Assembly: GCA_964373295.1 (NCBI GenBank)
Contig: CAYJUA010000001.1
Span: forward strand, 4,608 to 68,607
Source of the DNA: an uncultured Planctomycetia bacterium
Lineage (GTDB): Bacteria; Omnitrophota; Gorgyraeia; 1-14-0-20-64-10
Length of the DNA: 64,000 nucleotides
Direction: 5' to 3'
Shown: one piece after another, positions 18,331 through 27,956 of the stretch
Position numbering within the stretch: the stretch's first letter is position 1
Layout of the letters: each line of letters opens with the position of its first letter
Made by a program: the position numbers and the translations under genes
Notes under the pieces: model-generated
Told to the model about the DNA's origin: nothing
Databases searched by the model: none
What the model saw: the letters and a program-made list of their open reading frames with translations, nothing else

Positions 18331-20017
18331 GGAATATTTTTATCAGCGCTTCCGCGACGGCGAGGCGCTGAGCTCCGCCGGGCCCCGGCTCACGACCGGG
18401 GGATCCGCCGCCGAGTTCCCGTCCCGCCCTGAGGGGCTTAAGATCCTCCTGATCAATGCTCCCATCCGGGAGTGGTCTTATCCCAACATCATGCCCATCG
18501 GGCATGGGTACGTGGCTTCCGTCGCCCTCATGGACGGGCACACCGTGGACGTGCTGGATCTCAACGCGGAGCGGCGGCGGCCGATGAAGCGCTCTCCCGA
18601 AGAGATCGCCCGGTGGATCGAAGAGCGGGTGGAGGCCAAGCTCAGCGCCCCCAAGCCGGAGGTCATCGGGCTGGGCGGGATCGTGACGCAGTACAGCCAC
18701 ATCCGGCGGATCTCGCGGATCTGCCGCTCGGTCTATCCCGACGTCTTCCAGGTGCTGGGCGGCGGGATCGGATCCTCCCTGCCGCTCTTCATGGTGAAGC
18801 GGATCGGCGTGGACGCGGTGGTCCAGGAGGAGGGGGAGGTGACCTTCTCGGAGCTGCTCCACCGGCTGGAGGCCGGCGCTCCCCTGGAGGGACTGAAAGG
18901 ATTGGCGTACCGGCGGCAGATTCGGCCCGGGGAATGGGACTACCGGGACAACGGCCTGCGGCCCTCGGTGAAGACCCGCGCCCTTGGCCTCGACGCCCTG
19001 CCGTGGCCGCACCGGGAGCCCTGGCCCCTGGACGACGTTTACAAGCTCAACCCCGTGGGCCACCTGAACTGGCGGACGAAATGGATCGACGGCTCTCCGG
19101 TCTGCGAAGGGCAATACTCGGAGTCGATGATCGCCTCGCGGGGGTGCCCTTACGCCGCCACCGCGTGCGATTACTGCTATGCCGCGTACCTCAGCAAGCA
19201 GTACCGCCTGCGCAGCCCCCAGGACATCGTTGACGAGATGGTTTTCCTCAAGGAGCGGTACGGGCTCACCTACATCCATTTCCTGGACGACCTGATGATG
19301 ACCGACTACCGCTGGGCGCTGGAGTTCTGCGCGGGGCTGCGCGAGCGCCGAAGGGATACCGGCTTCGAGGTCCTCTGGGGGGGCACCTGCCGGACGAACA
19401 TCGTGGCCGACGACGTGATCCGCGCGAAAAAGGAGGGGCGGCCGCACATGCTGGAACAGGCCTACGAGGTGGGAATGCGCCAAGCCGGCTACGGGGTGGA
19501 ATCGGCCAGCCCCACGATCCTCAAGTCCATCGATAAGAGCGGCCAAACCGTCGAGAAGATGGAGATCGCCATCTCCGAGACCAAGCGGATCATGGGGTAC
19601 GCCGACTGCTCCTTCATGATCGGCTCTCCGGGGGAAAGCCGGCAGACGGTGCAGGAGACGGTAGACTTCTGCCGGAAGGTGGGCTTAAAGCCGGAGGTAT
19701 TCTTCTTCACCACGGCCTATCCCGCCACGACCTTCTGGCAGGTGGCGCTGGACCGCGGGCTCATCGCCAAGGCGGTGACCGGCAAGGCAGGCCCGGCAGA
19801 CGAGGATACGGTCGAAGAATACCTGGTCCGGCTGGGGGAGCAGGGGGAAGAGGTCCGCACAAACTTCAGCGATCTGCCGGACGAAGAGGTGATCGACCTC
19901 TCCTGGTGGGCGATCAACGAGCTGGGCGCCCAGAACACGGTGCGGCACCCCCACACCGGAGAAGAGCAGCCGCTTCAGAAGGCCGCCGTCCGCGGGGCCA
20001 GCAGAGCCGACCTGTAG
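18320..20017 (+). CDS. B12-binding-domain radical SAM enzyme (class B), with an atypical Cys spacing
   Basis: N-terminal cobalamin-binding-like domain (LKILLINAPIREWSYPNIMPIGHGYVASVAL...). Radical-SAM core with ASRGCPYAATACDYCYAAY, which gives a CX7CX2C spacing instead of canonical CX3CX2C. Length 565 aa. Confidence 0.65.
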   Translation: MGTEEYFYQRFRDGEALSSAGPRLTTGGSAAEFPSRPEGLKILLINAPIREWSYPNIMPIGHGYVASVALMDGHTVDVLDLNAERRRPMKRSPEEIARWIEERVEAKLSAPKPEVIGLGGIVTQYSHIRRISRICRSVYPDVFQVLGGGIGSSLPLFMVKRIGVDAVVQEEGEVTFSELLHRLEAGAPLEGLKGLAYRRQIRPGEWDYRDNGLRPSVKTRALGLDALPWPHREPWPLDDVYKLNPVGHLNWRTKWIDGSPVCEGQYSESMIASRGCPYAATACDYCYAAYLSKQYRLRSPQDIVDEMVFLKERYGLTYIHFLDDLMMTDYRWALEFCAGLRERRRDTGFEVLWGGTCRTNIVADDVIRAKKEGRPHMLEQAYEVGMRQAGYGVESASPTILKSIDKSGQTVEKMEIAISETKRIMGYADCSFMIGSPGESRQTVQETVDFCRKVGLKPEVFFFTTAYPATTFWQVALDRGLIAKAVTGKAGPADEDTVEEYLVRLGEQGEEVRTNFSDLPDEEVIDLSWWAINELGAQNTVRHPHTGEEQPLQKAAVRGASRADL

Positions 20018-20028
20018 TGGCATTCGCG

Positions 20029-21033
20029 ATGAAGGCGCTGGTGCTGGGCTGCGGTTCAATCGGGTTGAGGCACGTGGGTCACCTGCGGGAGCTCGGGCTC
20101 TCCGACATCCAGGTGGCGGATCCGAGCCCCTCCGCGCGCGACAGGGTCAAGGCCCAGTTCGGCATCCGCGCGCTGGCCGACTCGGAGGAAGCCCTTTCCG
20201 CCCGGCCGGACGCTGTCCTGATCTGCACCCCCGCCGACACGCACATTCCATTGGTGGAAAAGGCGCTGGCTGCCGGCGCGGATGTTTTCGTGGAGAAGCC
20301 GCTCTCCACAAGCCTTCAGGGCAGCGAGGATCTCCTTCGGAAGGTCCGCGCAGACGGCCGTATCGTTCAGGTCGGCTACAACCTCCGCTACCACCCCGCG
20401 GTTCGGGCCACCAAGTCGATTCTGGAATCCGGCCGGCTCGGCCGGGTGGTGTCGGGCCATCTGGAGTTCGGGCTGTACCTGCCCAAGTGGTGGAACAACC
20501 GGGACTACCGGGCAAGCTACATGGCCAACCCCGACCTGGGCGGCGGCCTCCTGCTGGACGCCTCACATGAGATTGATCTCGTCCTCTTTTTCCTCGGTCA
20601 CGTGACCGAAGTGGCTGCTTACGGCGGTCAGCTGAGCAGCCTGGAGATCCGGGGGCTGGATGTCCTCAAGGCTCTTCTCTGGACGAAGGAGCAGGCCCTC
20701 GTTTCCGTGCACATGGACTGCGTGCAGCCGACGTACACCCGCAGCTTCGTGCTGATCGGAGAGGACGCGGCGCTGCGCTGGGATTGCCCCAACGGCAGGG
20801 CGGACGGCAGCGTGGGGCGGCTGCTCCTGTGCGGCCGAGGGTCGGACGGCTATGAGGCGGTGCCGATCGAGGGGAGCCCTTCGGAAACCTACGTCGGCGA
20901 GCTGCGGGATTTCCTGGCCTCCATCTCCAGCAAGAAGCCCCCGGCCATCGGTGTCGAATCGGGAATCGAGGTCCTCCGGGTGGCCACGGCGATCCAGGAA
21001 TCGATGCGGACCGGGACGTCGGTCCGACTCTGA
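20029..21033 (+). CDS. Gfo/Idh/MocA-family NAD(P)-dependent oxidoreductase
   Basis: MKALVLGCGSIGLRHVGHL...LICTPADTHIPLVEKALAAGADVFVEKPLS...GRIVQVGYNLRYHP architecture. Confidence 0.8.
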   Translation: MKALVLGCGSIGLRHVGHLRELGLSDIQVADPSPSARDRVKAQFGIRALADSEEALSARPDAVLICTPADTHIPLVEKALAAGADVFVEKPLSTSLQGSEDLLRKVRADGRIVQVGYNLRYHPAVRATKSILESGRLGRVVSGHLEFGLYLPKWWNNRDYRASYMANPDLGGGLLLDASHEIDLVLFFLGHVTEVAAYGGQLSSLEIRGLDVLKALLWTKEQALVSVHMDCVQPTYTRSFVLIGEDAALRWDCPNGRADGSVGRLLLCGRGSDGYEAVPIEGSPSETYVGELRDFLASISSKKPPAIGVESGIEVLRVATAIQESMRTGTSVRL

Positions 21034-23078
21034 TGCTGGCGGCGATCATCCAAGCGCGGATGGGCTCCTCCCGTTTCCCCGGAAAGACCTTGGCCGACGT
21101 GGAGGGCAAGCCGATGCTCGAGCGGTTTGTGGAGCGGGTCCGCCGCTCCCGCCGCATCGAGCAGGTGATCATCGCGACGACGACCGAGCCGAAGGATGAC
21201 CCGATCGTGGAATTCGCCCGGGCGCGGGGACTTCAATTCACGCGGGGCAGCGAGAGCGATGTGCTGGACCGCTTCTGCCGGGCCGCGGCCGAGCACGGCG
21301 TGGAGACCGTGGTGCGGGTGACCCCGGACTGCCCGCTCATCGACCCGGAGGTGATCGACCAGGTGATCGACCTGTTCCGTTCCGGCGGGTACGACTACGC
21401 CAGCAACACCCTGGGGCGGGGCTGCCCGGACGGGCTGGACGTGGAGGTCTTCTCCCGCGGCGCGCTGGAGAGGGCGCACCGGGAGGCGGGGCTCCCTTCA
21501 GAGCGAGAGCATGTGACCTCGTTCATGAAAAACTCAGGGCAGTTCCGCTTGGGCTGGCTGGAGATGCCGGAGCCGCTGGGCGCGTTCAAGTGGTCCGTGG
21601 ACCGCGAGGAGGATCTCGCTTTTGTCCGAGCCGTGTACAGGCGTCTCGATCGCCTCGACCGCTCCTTTGGCCATCGGGAGATCCTGCAGCTCTTGAAGGA
21701 GCACCCGGAGATGGAAGGGATCAACCGGAGCAGCGTCGTCAACGAGGGGTACTACCGCTCGATCCTGCAGGATCCCCTGATCCCGCCGCGGAAAGTTTCC
21801 CTCGAGCATGGCCGGGCGCTGAAGGAACGGGCGCTGGAGCGGATCCCCGGCTGCTCGCAGACCTTCAGCAAGGGCCCGACGCAGTTCGTGCAGGGAGCGG
21901 CACCCCCATTCGCCGTGCGGGGGAAGGGATGCCGCCTCTGGGATGCCGACGGCAATGAGTACCTCGACTGCGGCATGGCCCTGGGGGCGGTGATCCTGGG
22001 CTATTCGGACGAGGAGGTGAACGAAGCGGTCCGCGCCCAGCTGGGAGCGGGGACGATCTTCACCCTGCCGCACCCGCTGGAGGTGGAAGTCGCCGAGGCC
22101 CTCTGCGGGGCGTTCCCCTGGGCGGAGATGGCCCGCTTCGGGAAGAACGGATCGGATGTCACCTCCGGGGCGGTGCGCCTGGCCCGCGCCGTCACGGGCC
22201 GGGAGGTCATCGCCGCCTGCGGGTACCACGGCTGGCAGGACTGGTACATCGGCACCACGACCCGGGCGCGGGGGGTGCCGGAGTCGGTGAAGCGGCTCAC
22301 GGCTCCGTTCCAGTACAACCGGATCGAATCGCTGGAGCGGATCTTCGCGGAGCATCCGCGAAGCGTCGCCGCGGTGATCATGGAGCCGGTGGGGATCGCG
22401 GAGCCGGAGGGGGGATTCCTTTCGCGGGTGCGCGAGCTCTGCCGGCGGGAGGGGGCGCTGTTGATCTTCGACGAGGTTCTGACCGGCTTCCGGTTCGGTC
22501 TGGGAGGGGCTCAGAGCCGGTTTGGGGTCCAGCCGGACCTCTCGTGCGTGGGCAAGGCGGTGGCCAACGGCTTCCCGCTCTCGGCCATCGTGGGGCCGAG
22601 GGCGCTGCTCAAGGAGTTCGAGGAGATCTTCTTCTCCTTCACGTTCGGCGGGGAGACCCTGTCCCTCGCGGCGGCCAAGGCGACCCTCGCAAGAATCCAG
22701 AGGGACGACGTCGCGGGGCAGATCGGCCGGGAAGGGGAGAGGCTCCGGGACGGGTACAACGTCCTGGCCGGGCACCTGGGGCTGGAGAAGGTCACGCAGT
22801 GTGTGGGGATGGGGCCGCGCACGGTGGCGGAGTTCCACGGGAAGGATGAGAGGGGGTCGCTGGCGCTTAAATCCCTTTTCCAGCAGGAATGCATCCGCAG
22901 GGGCGTGCTGTTCACCGGCTACCACCTGCCTTCCTGGAGCCACGGGGAGGCGGAGGTGGACCAGATCCTGCATGTCTACCACTCCGCGATGCGGGTTCTG
23001 GAAGAAGCGGTGGAGAAAAACGACGTGGAAAACCGGCTTGTGGGCAAGCCGGTGGAGCCGGTCTTCCGGTCGGCCTGA
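21033..23078 (+). CDS. Bifunctional protein: N-terminal CMP-sugar (NeuA/PseF/SpsF-like) cytidylyltransferase domain fused to a class-III (GSA-aminomutase-like) PLP aminotransferase domain
   Basis: N-terminal domain: MLAAIIQARMGSSRFPGKTLADVEGKPML...VIIATT. C-terminal domain: ...GNEYLDCGMALGAVILGYSDEEVNEAV...GTIFTLPHPLEVEVAEAL...ACGYHGWQDWY...DEVLTGFRFG...SCVGKAVANGFPLSAIVG. Single 681-aa ORF. Confidence 0.75.
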   Translation: MLAAIIQARMGSSRFPGKTLADVEGKPMLERFVERVRRSRRIEQVIIATTTEPKDDPIVEFARARGLQFTRGSESDVLDRFCRAAAEHGVETVVRVTPDCPLIDPEVIDQVIDLFRSGGYDYASNTLGRGCPDGLDVEVFSRGALERAHREAGLPSEREHVTSFMKNSGQFRLGWLEMPEPLGAFKWSVDREEDLAFVRAVYRRLDRLDRSFGHREILQLLKEHPEMEGINRSSVVNEGYYRSILQDPLIPPRKVSLEHGRALKERALERIPGCSQTFSKGPTQFVQGAAPPFAVRGKGCRLWDADGNEYLDCGMALGAVILGYSDEEVNEAVRAQLGAGTIFTLPHPLEVEVAEALCGAFPWAEMARFGKNGSDVTSGAVRLARAVTGREVIAACGYHGWQDWYIGTTTRARGVPESVKRLTAPFQYNRIESLERIFAEHPRSVAAVIMEPVGIAEPEGGFLSRVRELCRREGALLIFDEVLTGFRFGLGGAQSRFGVQPDLSCVGKAVANGFPLSAIVGPRALLKEFEEIFFSFTFGGETLSLAAAKATLARIQRDDVAGQIGREGERLRDGYNVLAGHLGLEKVTQCVGMGPRTVAEFHGKDERGSLALKSLFQQECIRRGVLFTGYHLPSWSHGEAEVDQILHVYHSAMRVLEEAVEKNDVENRLVGKPVEPVFRSA

Positions 23079-23091
23079 CGCAGAGGGGGAG

Positions 23092-24258
23092 ATGGCGCGG
23101 GTCCTGTACATCTCGCAGGGATACAACACCCATGACCGCCGCTTTCTCGAGAAACTGACGCAGAGCGGGCATGAGATCTGGTTCCTGCCGTGCGGCAGCG
23201 ATCCCGTGCCGCTGGAATCCCGGCCGATCCCCCCGGGCGTCCGGCGGCTGCCGCCGCTGGCCGACGGAAAAGGCGGGGGGCCGCTCCGTGGATGGCTGAT
23301 TTCCTGGCGGCGGCTCCAGCGGCATCTCCGGGAGATCCGGCCGGACCTGGTGCACGCGGGGCCGGTCCAGTCGGGAGGTTTCCTGGCCGCCGCGGCCGGG
23401 GCCAGGCCGCTCATGGTGATGTCCTGGGGTTCGGACGTCCTGGTGGCGCCCCACCGCGGTCTTTGGCCCCGGTGGGTCACGCGGTTCACGCTCAAGCGAG
23501 CCGGGATGGTGGTGGCGGATTGCCGCGCGGTGAGCGAGCGGATCGCCGTCCTCGGTGGGATTGAGCCGGACAGGATCGTTCAGCTCCCGTTCGGGGTGGA
23601 TCTGGGCCGATTCTCCGGGGAGGCGCCTGCCGCGGGGCTCCGCGGACGGCTGGGGTGGGAGCGGTGCCGGGTGATCTTAAGCACACGCTCCTTCGAGCCG
23701 GGGCGGGGGGCCGAGGTTTTTCTCTCGGCGGTGGAGCGGGTCCTGCGGGGGATGCCGGACGTTCGAGTCCTGATGCTCGGGGATGGGACGCTCCGCCCGC
23801 GTGTCGAGGCGCTTGTGAAGCAGACGGGGCTGGGTCCCCGTGTCCACCTGGCCGGCCAGGTCCCCAACGATCGGATGGCCGGTTACTTCCGGGAGGCGGA
23901 CCTCTACGTGAGCGCCAGCGAGAGCGACGGAACGTCGATCAGCCTGCTGGAGGCGATGGCCTGCGGGCTCGCCGTGGTGGTGCCGGACGCTTTCGGGAAC
24001 CGGGAGTGGGTGACGCCCGGGGTCAACGGCTGGAGATACCCCGTCGGCGATGCTGAGGCGCTGGCCCGCTGCGTCCGCGAGGCGCTGGCTGACCCCGGGC
24101 GGCGGCAGGCGATGGGCGAGGCCAACCGGGCGCTCGTCTCGGAACAGGCGGATTGGAACAGGAACTTCGGGCGTCTTCTTCAGGGGTATGACCGGCTGCT
24201 GACCGCAGCCTCTGCGAACGGAGAGGGAGGCAACGGTGGCTCGATTCAAGATCGGTAA
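23092..24258 (+). CDS. GT4-family (GT-B) glycosyltransferase
   Basis: C-terminal GT4 signature ...DLYVSASESDGTSISLLEAMACGLAVVVPDAFGNREWV... Confidence 0.8.
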   Translation: MARVLYISQGYNTHDRRFLEKLTQSGHEIWFLPCGSDPVPLESRPIPPGVRRLPPLADGKGGGPLRGWLISWRRLQRHLREIRPDLVHAGPVQSGGFLAAAAGARPLMVMSWGSDVLVAPHRGLWPRWVTRFTLKRAGMVVADCRAVSERIAVLGGIEPDRIVQLPFGVDLGRFSGEAPAAGLRGRLGWERCRVILSTRSFEPGRGAEVFLSAVERVLRGMPDVRVLMLGDGTLRPRVEALVKQTGLGPRVHLAGQVPNDRMAGYFREADLYVSASESDGTSISLLEAMACGLAVVVPDAFGNREWVTPGVNGWRYPVGDAEALARCVREALADPGRRQAMGEANRALVSEQADWNRNFGRLLQGYDRLLTAASANGEGGNGGSIQDR

Positions 24259-25342
24259 GCGATGGGTGGGAGATGGGGAGCCGACTTATTTCGTCGCCGA
24301 TATCTCGGCCAACCACGACGGCCGGCTGGAGCGAGCGCTGGAACTGATTCGGTTGGCGAAGGAGGCCGGGGCCGACGGAGCGAAGTTCCAGCACTTCCGG
24401 GCGTCCAAGATCGTAAGCCGCCACGGCTTCGAGTCCCTGGGGAGGCAGCTCTCCCACCAGTCCTCCTGGAAGAAAAACGTCTACCAGGTCTACGAGGAGG
24501 CGTCGCTGCCGTGGGAGTGGACGCCGAAGCTCAAGGCCTGCTGCGGAGAGGTCGGGATCGACTTCTTCTCCGCCCCCTACGACCTGGAGGCGGTGGAGAT
24601 GCTCTCCCCGCACGTGCCGGTCTGGAAGATCGGCTCCGGCGACGTCACCTGGCCGGAGATCTTGGAGAAGATCGCAAGCCAGGGCCAGCCGGTGATCCTG
24701 GCCACGGGCGCCTCCTCCCTGGAGGAGGTCCGGCGCGCCGTGCGGATCATCCTGAATCACGACCGGGATCTGGGGCTGATGCAGTGCAATACCAACTACA
24801 CCGGAAGCCCGGACAACTTCGACCACCTGCACCTGAACGTTCTGCAGACCTACCGAAAGGAATTCCCCGAGGCGGTGCTGGGGCTCTCCGACCACACCCG
24901 CGGCCCCAGCGCGATCCTCGGCGCGGTGGCCCTGGGGGCGCGGATCATCGAGCGCCACTTCACGGATGACAACCGAAGGGAAGGGCCGGACCACCCGTTC
25001 TCCACAACGCCCAAGGAATGGCGCGAGATGGTAGATCGGACGCGGGAGCTCGAGCGCTCCCTGGGCGGAAGCGAGAAGACCGTGGCGGAGAACGAGCAGG
25101 AGACGGTGGTGGTGCAGCGGCGCTGCCTGCGGGCGGCCCGGGACCTGCCGGCGGGACACCTCCTCCGGCGGGAAGAGATCGAGGCCCTGCGGCCCTCACC
25201 GCCCGCCGCGGTCCAGCCGTATGAGCTGGAAGAGCTGATCGGTTCCTTCGTGGTTTCCCCGATGCAGGCGGGCGAGGATTTCACGTGGGCCAAGGTGCGG
25301 CGCCGGATGAGGGGGGCCGTCCCCGCGGCGGTGAACCGATGA
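24236..25342 (+). CDS. NeuB/PseI/LegI-family nonulosonic (sialic-acid-like) acid synthase with C-terminal SAF domain
   Basis: MARFKIGKRWVGDGEPTYFVADISANHDGRLERALELIRLAKEAGADGAKFQHF... is the hallmark N-terminus of the NeuB family. C-terminal SAF-like region ...FTWAKV... Confidence 0.85.
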   Translation: MARFKIGKRWVGDGEPTYFVADISANHDGRLERALELIRLAKEAGADGAKFQHFRASKIVSRHGFESLGRQLSHQSSWKKNVYQVYEEASLPWEWTPKLKACCGEVGIDFFSAPYDLEAVEMLSPHVPVWKIGSGDVTWPEILEKIASQGQPVILATGASSLEEVRRAVRIILNHDRDLGLMQCNTNYTGSPDNFDHLHLNVLQTYRKEFPEAVLGLSDHTRGPSAILGAVALGARIIERHFTDDNRREGPDHPFSTTPKEWREMVDRTRELERSLGGSEKTVAENEQETVVVQRRCLRAARDLPAGHLLRREEIEALRPSPPAAVQPYELEELIGSFVVSPMQAGEDFTWAKVRRRMRGAVPAAVNR

Positions 25343-25932
25343 AGAGCCCCTTCCTGGTCGGGAAGAAGTGCTACCTGCGGCCGTTCGAGGAGTCGGACCT
25401 GCACGACGACTACGCCGCCTGGTTCAATGATCCGGCCATCACGCGGTACCTGGGGATGGGAAAATTCCCGGTCAGCCGGGAGGGCCTGCGCCTGTCGCTG
25501 GACCGGTTCCGAAACTCCACGAGCGACATCCTCCTGGCGATCATCGACGCCAAGACCGAAACCCACATCGGCAACGTGGCTCTGAACCGGATCAACTGGG
25601 TGCACCGGACCGCGGACACCGGCCTCGTGATCGGGCGCAAGGAATTCTGGGGGAAAGGGTACGCGACCGAGGCCTGGGCGTTGCTGGTGCGCTACGCGTT
25701 CGACACCCTCAACCTCCACAAGGTGATCGCCACGGTGGTGGGCGGCCACGACAGCAGCCAGGCGGCGCTGGAGAGGATCGGTTTCAAGGTGGAGGGGAGA
25801 TGCCGGGAGGAATTCTACGTGGACGGGGAGTACCACGACTACATCCGGCTGGGGCTGCTCCGGGGCGATCTCGCGCCGAAGCCGGTGAACGGAGAGAAGG
25901 CGGCCGCCGCCAACTCTAAGAGGGGACGGTGA
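25339..25932 (+). CDS. GNAT-family N-acetyltransferase (PseH/RimL-like)
   Basis: ATGA overlap with the synthase. ...HIGNVALNRINWVHRTADTGLVIGRKEFWGKGYATEAWALLVRYAFDTLNLHKV... is an acetyl-CoA-binding GNAT core. Confidence 0.75.
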   Translation: MKSPFLVGKKCYLRPFEESDLHDDYAAWFNDPAITRYLGMGKFPVSREGLRLSLDRFRNSTSDILLAIIDAKTETHIGNVALNRINWVHRTADTGLVIGRKEFWGKGYATEAWALLVRYAFDTLNLHKVIATVVGGHDSSQAALERIGFKVEGRCREEFYVDGEYHDYIRLGLLRGDLAPKPVNGEKAAAANSKRGR

Positions 25933-27956
25933 CCCGCGAGGTCTTCTTCGAGACGATCACCCGCGGCCATCGCCCGCTCGTGGCCTGGTACCTGGCGCGG
26001 GGTTGGCGGGTCCGCGTGTTCGACTTCAGCTGCCGGTTGAAGTCCATGGCGTGGATGAGGCCGCTCCTCTTCGAGGGCCGTGTGGAACGGGTCTATGTCC
26101 ACATCAATTCAAGGGCCGACGGGCTGGCGATCGATGCGGCGGAATTGCTCTTCCACCGGTTCGCCGGTCATCGGCTCATCCGGCGGATGGGGGCGATCTT
26201 CGGGCGCGAGGAAAGCGAGCCGGTCTTCAAGCATGCGCTGGTCGAGAGCCTGTCGAGGTATTTCTTCTGCCGCCTCTACCTGGAAGAGCGCCTCCGGTCT
26301 GGGGGGGCCGCGGCCCGGGTGGAGTTCGTCCCGGATTCTTACCGGCGATGGGACCGCCTGCTGGAGGAGTGGTGCCGGACGCGCGGGATCGGCGGCATCG
26401 CCGCCGTCCGGATCCCGCCGCTGCCTGCTCTCGGGTCGGAATGGCTGGGGGCGTGGGGTCGGCGCGCTCAACAGCTTCCGCGGTATCTCTCGGCCGGAAT
26501 CCTCGCGCTGGCGGCGGGCGTTCTGCGCGTTTTGCGGCGCGGGTGGAGGTCGGAGCCGCCGGTCGCCTGCACCTACCTGTACGCGATCGACTCCAAATTC
26601 CAGACGAAGTTTGAAGGGGGCCGCCGGTTCGATTTCCTCCTCGATGGGGAGCGGATCACGCGGGAGAACACCCTCTTCCTGGTCCATCCCTCCGTGGAGG
26701 GCCCCTGGCTTGAGCAGACGCGACGGGAGGGGTGCCGGGTCCTGCTCCGTTCCGAATGCCAGGGGTTGAAGGGGTTCCTTCACCATCCGCCGAGGGGGAT
26801 CCCCGTGGGGGCGGCGCTGCGGGCGGTGGGAACGGGGCTGGCGAGGATCGGGGCGCCGGAATGGCTGCATGCGGCGGCGACGACGGGTCTGGGGATCCTG
26901 ACGCGGGAGCTCAACACCCTGGAAAGGGTCCGGTTTTCCCACTACATCTACTCCAGCCAGTACCGGCTGACTCCCCGCTGGCGGAACATCCTGATCCGAA
27001 GGGCGGGGGGGCAAAGCTGGTGGTTCGCCTACTCCAACGGCGGGGGGCACCTCTACCGGCAGCACGGGCCCTTCGGAGGGGACGGCGATTTTGGGGGGCG
27101 GCACCGGTTCTGGGCACACGAGAACGCGGACCATTTCGTCTCTCCCTCCGCGGCGTTGGTCGAGTACCATCGCTCTCACCACCAGAGGATCCGGCATTAC
27201 CACGATGTGGGGAACATCTGGTCCGAGCAGATCCTGGCGATGGGATCCTCCCTGAACGTTGAGCAGGTCCGGGCGGAATGGTTCGGGCCGCGCGCCCGGG
27301 GAAAGAAGGTGATCGCCTGGTTCGACACCACCTTCGTGGAAGCGCCCAACTCCCCCAGCACGATCACGGAGGCCATCCGGTCGTACCGGGACCTCCTGCG
27401 CCTGGTTTCGGAGGACGAGCGGATCTGCGCGGTGATCAAGCCGTCGAAGGACGAGGGCTATTTCGTGGGGGAGGGGCCGGATCGCCAGTGGGCGATCCCG
27501 CGCCTGGGCCACGGCCTGATGGAGGTCTGGAGGGAGATGAGGAGTCAGCCGGGGATCCGCTTCCTGCCGGACAGCGCCGACCCGACTGTGGTGGTCGCCG
27601 CGAGCGACCTGACCGTGACGTTCCACGTCTCCTCGGTGAGCGCCGAGGCCCTCGGCGCCCGGCGGCGGGGCATCTGGTACGAGCCGGGAGAACGCTGGCG
27701 GGACACGCCGATGGGCAGGGAGCCGCTCCTGGCTGCCCACGGCTACGCGGAGCTCAAGGCCCTGGTGGAGAAGCTACTCTTCGAGATGAGCGACACGGCG
27801 TACGAGGTTTTTCTGGAGGAGCGGGTTCGGGGCCGGGTGGAGACTTGGATGGATGGAAAGGGATTGACCCGGTTCCGGGACCTGCTGGCGGGCGGGGCAG
27901 CCGCGGATCGGAGCGTGAGGGAGACGGCGCGATGGGCGATCTCGGCGGCACGCTGA
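25929..27956 (+). CDS. Hypothetical 675-aa protein, possibly a TagF-like/GT-B-fold glycosyl- or phosphotransferase
   Basis: No clear signature. The C-terminal third (KKVIAWFDTTFVEAPNS ... VVVAASDLTVTFHVSSVSAEALGARRRGIWY) loosely matches the xAPTW ... ITDYSS arrangement of the TagF family. It sits directly after the nonulosonate genes. Confidence 0.35.
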   Translation: MTREVFFETITRGHRPLVAWYLARGWRVRVFDFSCRLKSMAWMRPLLFEGRVERVYVHINSRADGLAIDAAELLFHRFAGHRLIRRMGAIFGREESEPVFKHALVESLSRYFFCRLYLEERLRSGGAAARVEFVPDSYRRWDRLLEEWCRTRGIGGIAAVRIPPLPALGSEWLGAWGRRAQQLPRYLSAGILALAAGVLRVLRRGWRSEPPVACTYLYAIDSKFQTKFEGGRRFDFLLDGERITRENTLFLVHPSVEGPWLEQTRREGCRVLLRSECQGLKGFLHHPPRGIPVGAALRAVGTGLARIGAPEWLHAAATTGLGILTRELNTLERVRFSHYIYSSQYRLTPRWRNILIRRAGGQSWWFAYSNGGGHLYRQHGPFGGDGDFGGRHRFWAHENADHFVSPSAALVEYHRSHHQRIRHYHDVGNIWSEQILAMGSSLNVEQVRAEWFGPRARGKKVIAWFDTTFVEAPNSPSTITEAIRSYRDLLRLVSEDERICAVIKPSKDEGYFVGEGPDRQWAIPRLGHGLMEVWREMRSQPGIRFLPDSADPTVVVAASDLTVTFHVSSVSAEALGARRRGIWYEPGERWRDTPMGREPLLAAHGYAELKALVEKLLFEMSDTAYEVFLEERVRGRVETWMDGKGLTRFRDLLAGGAAADRSVRETARWAISAAR

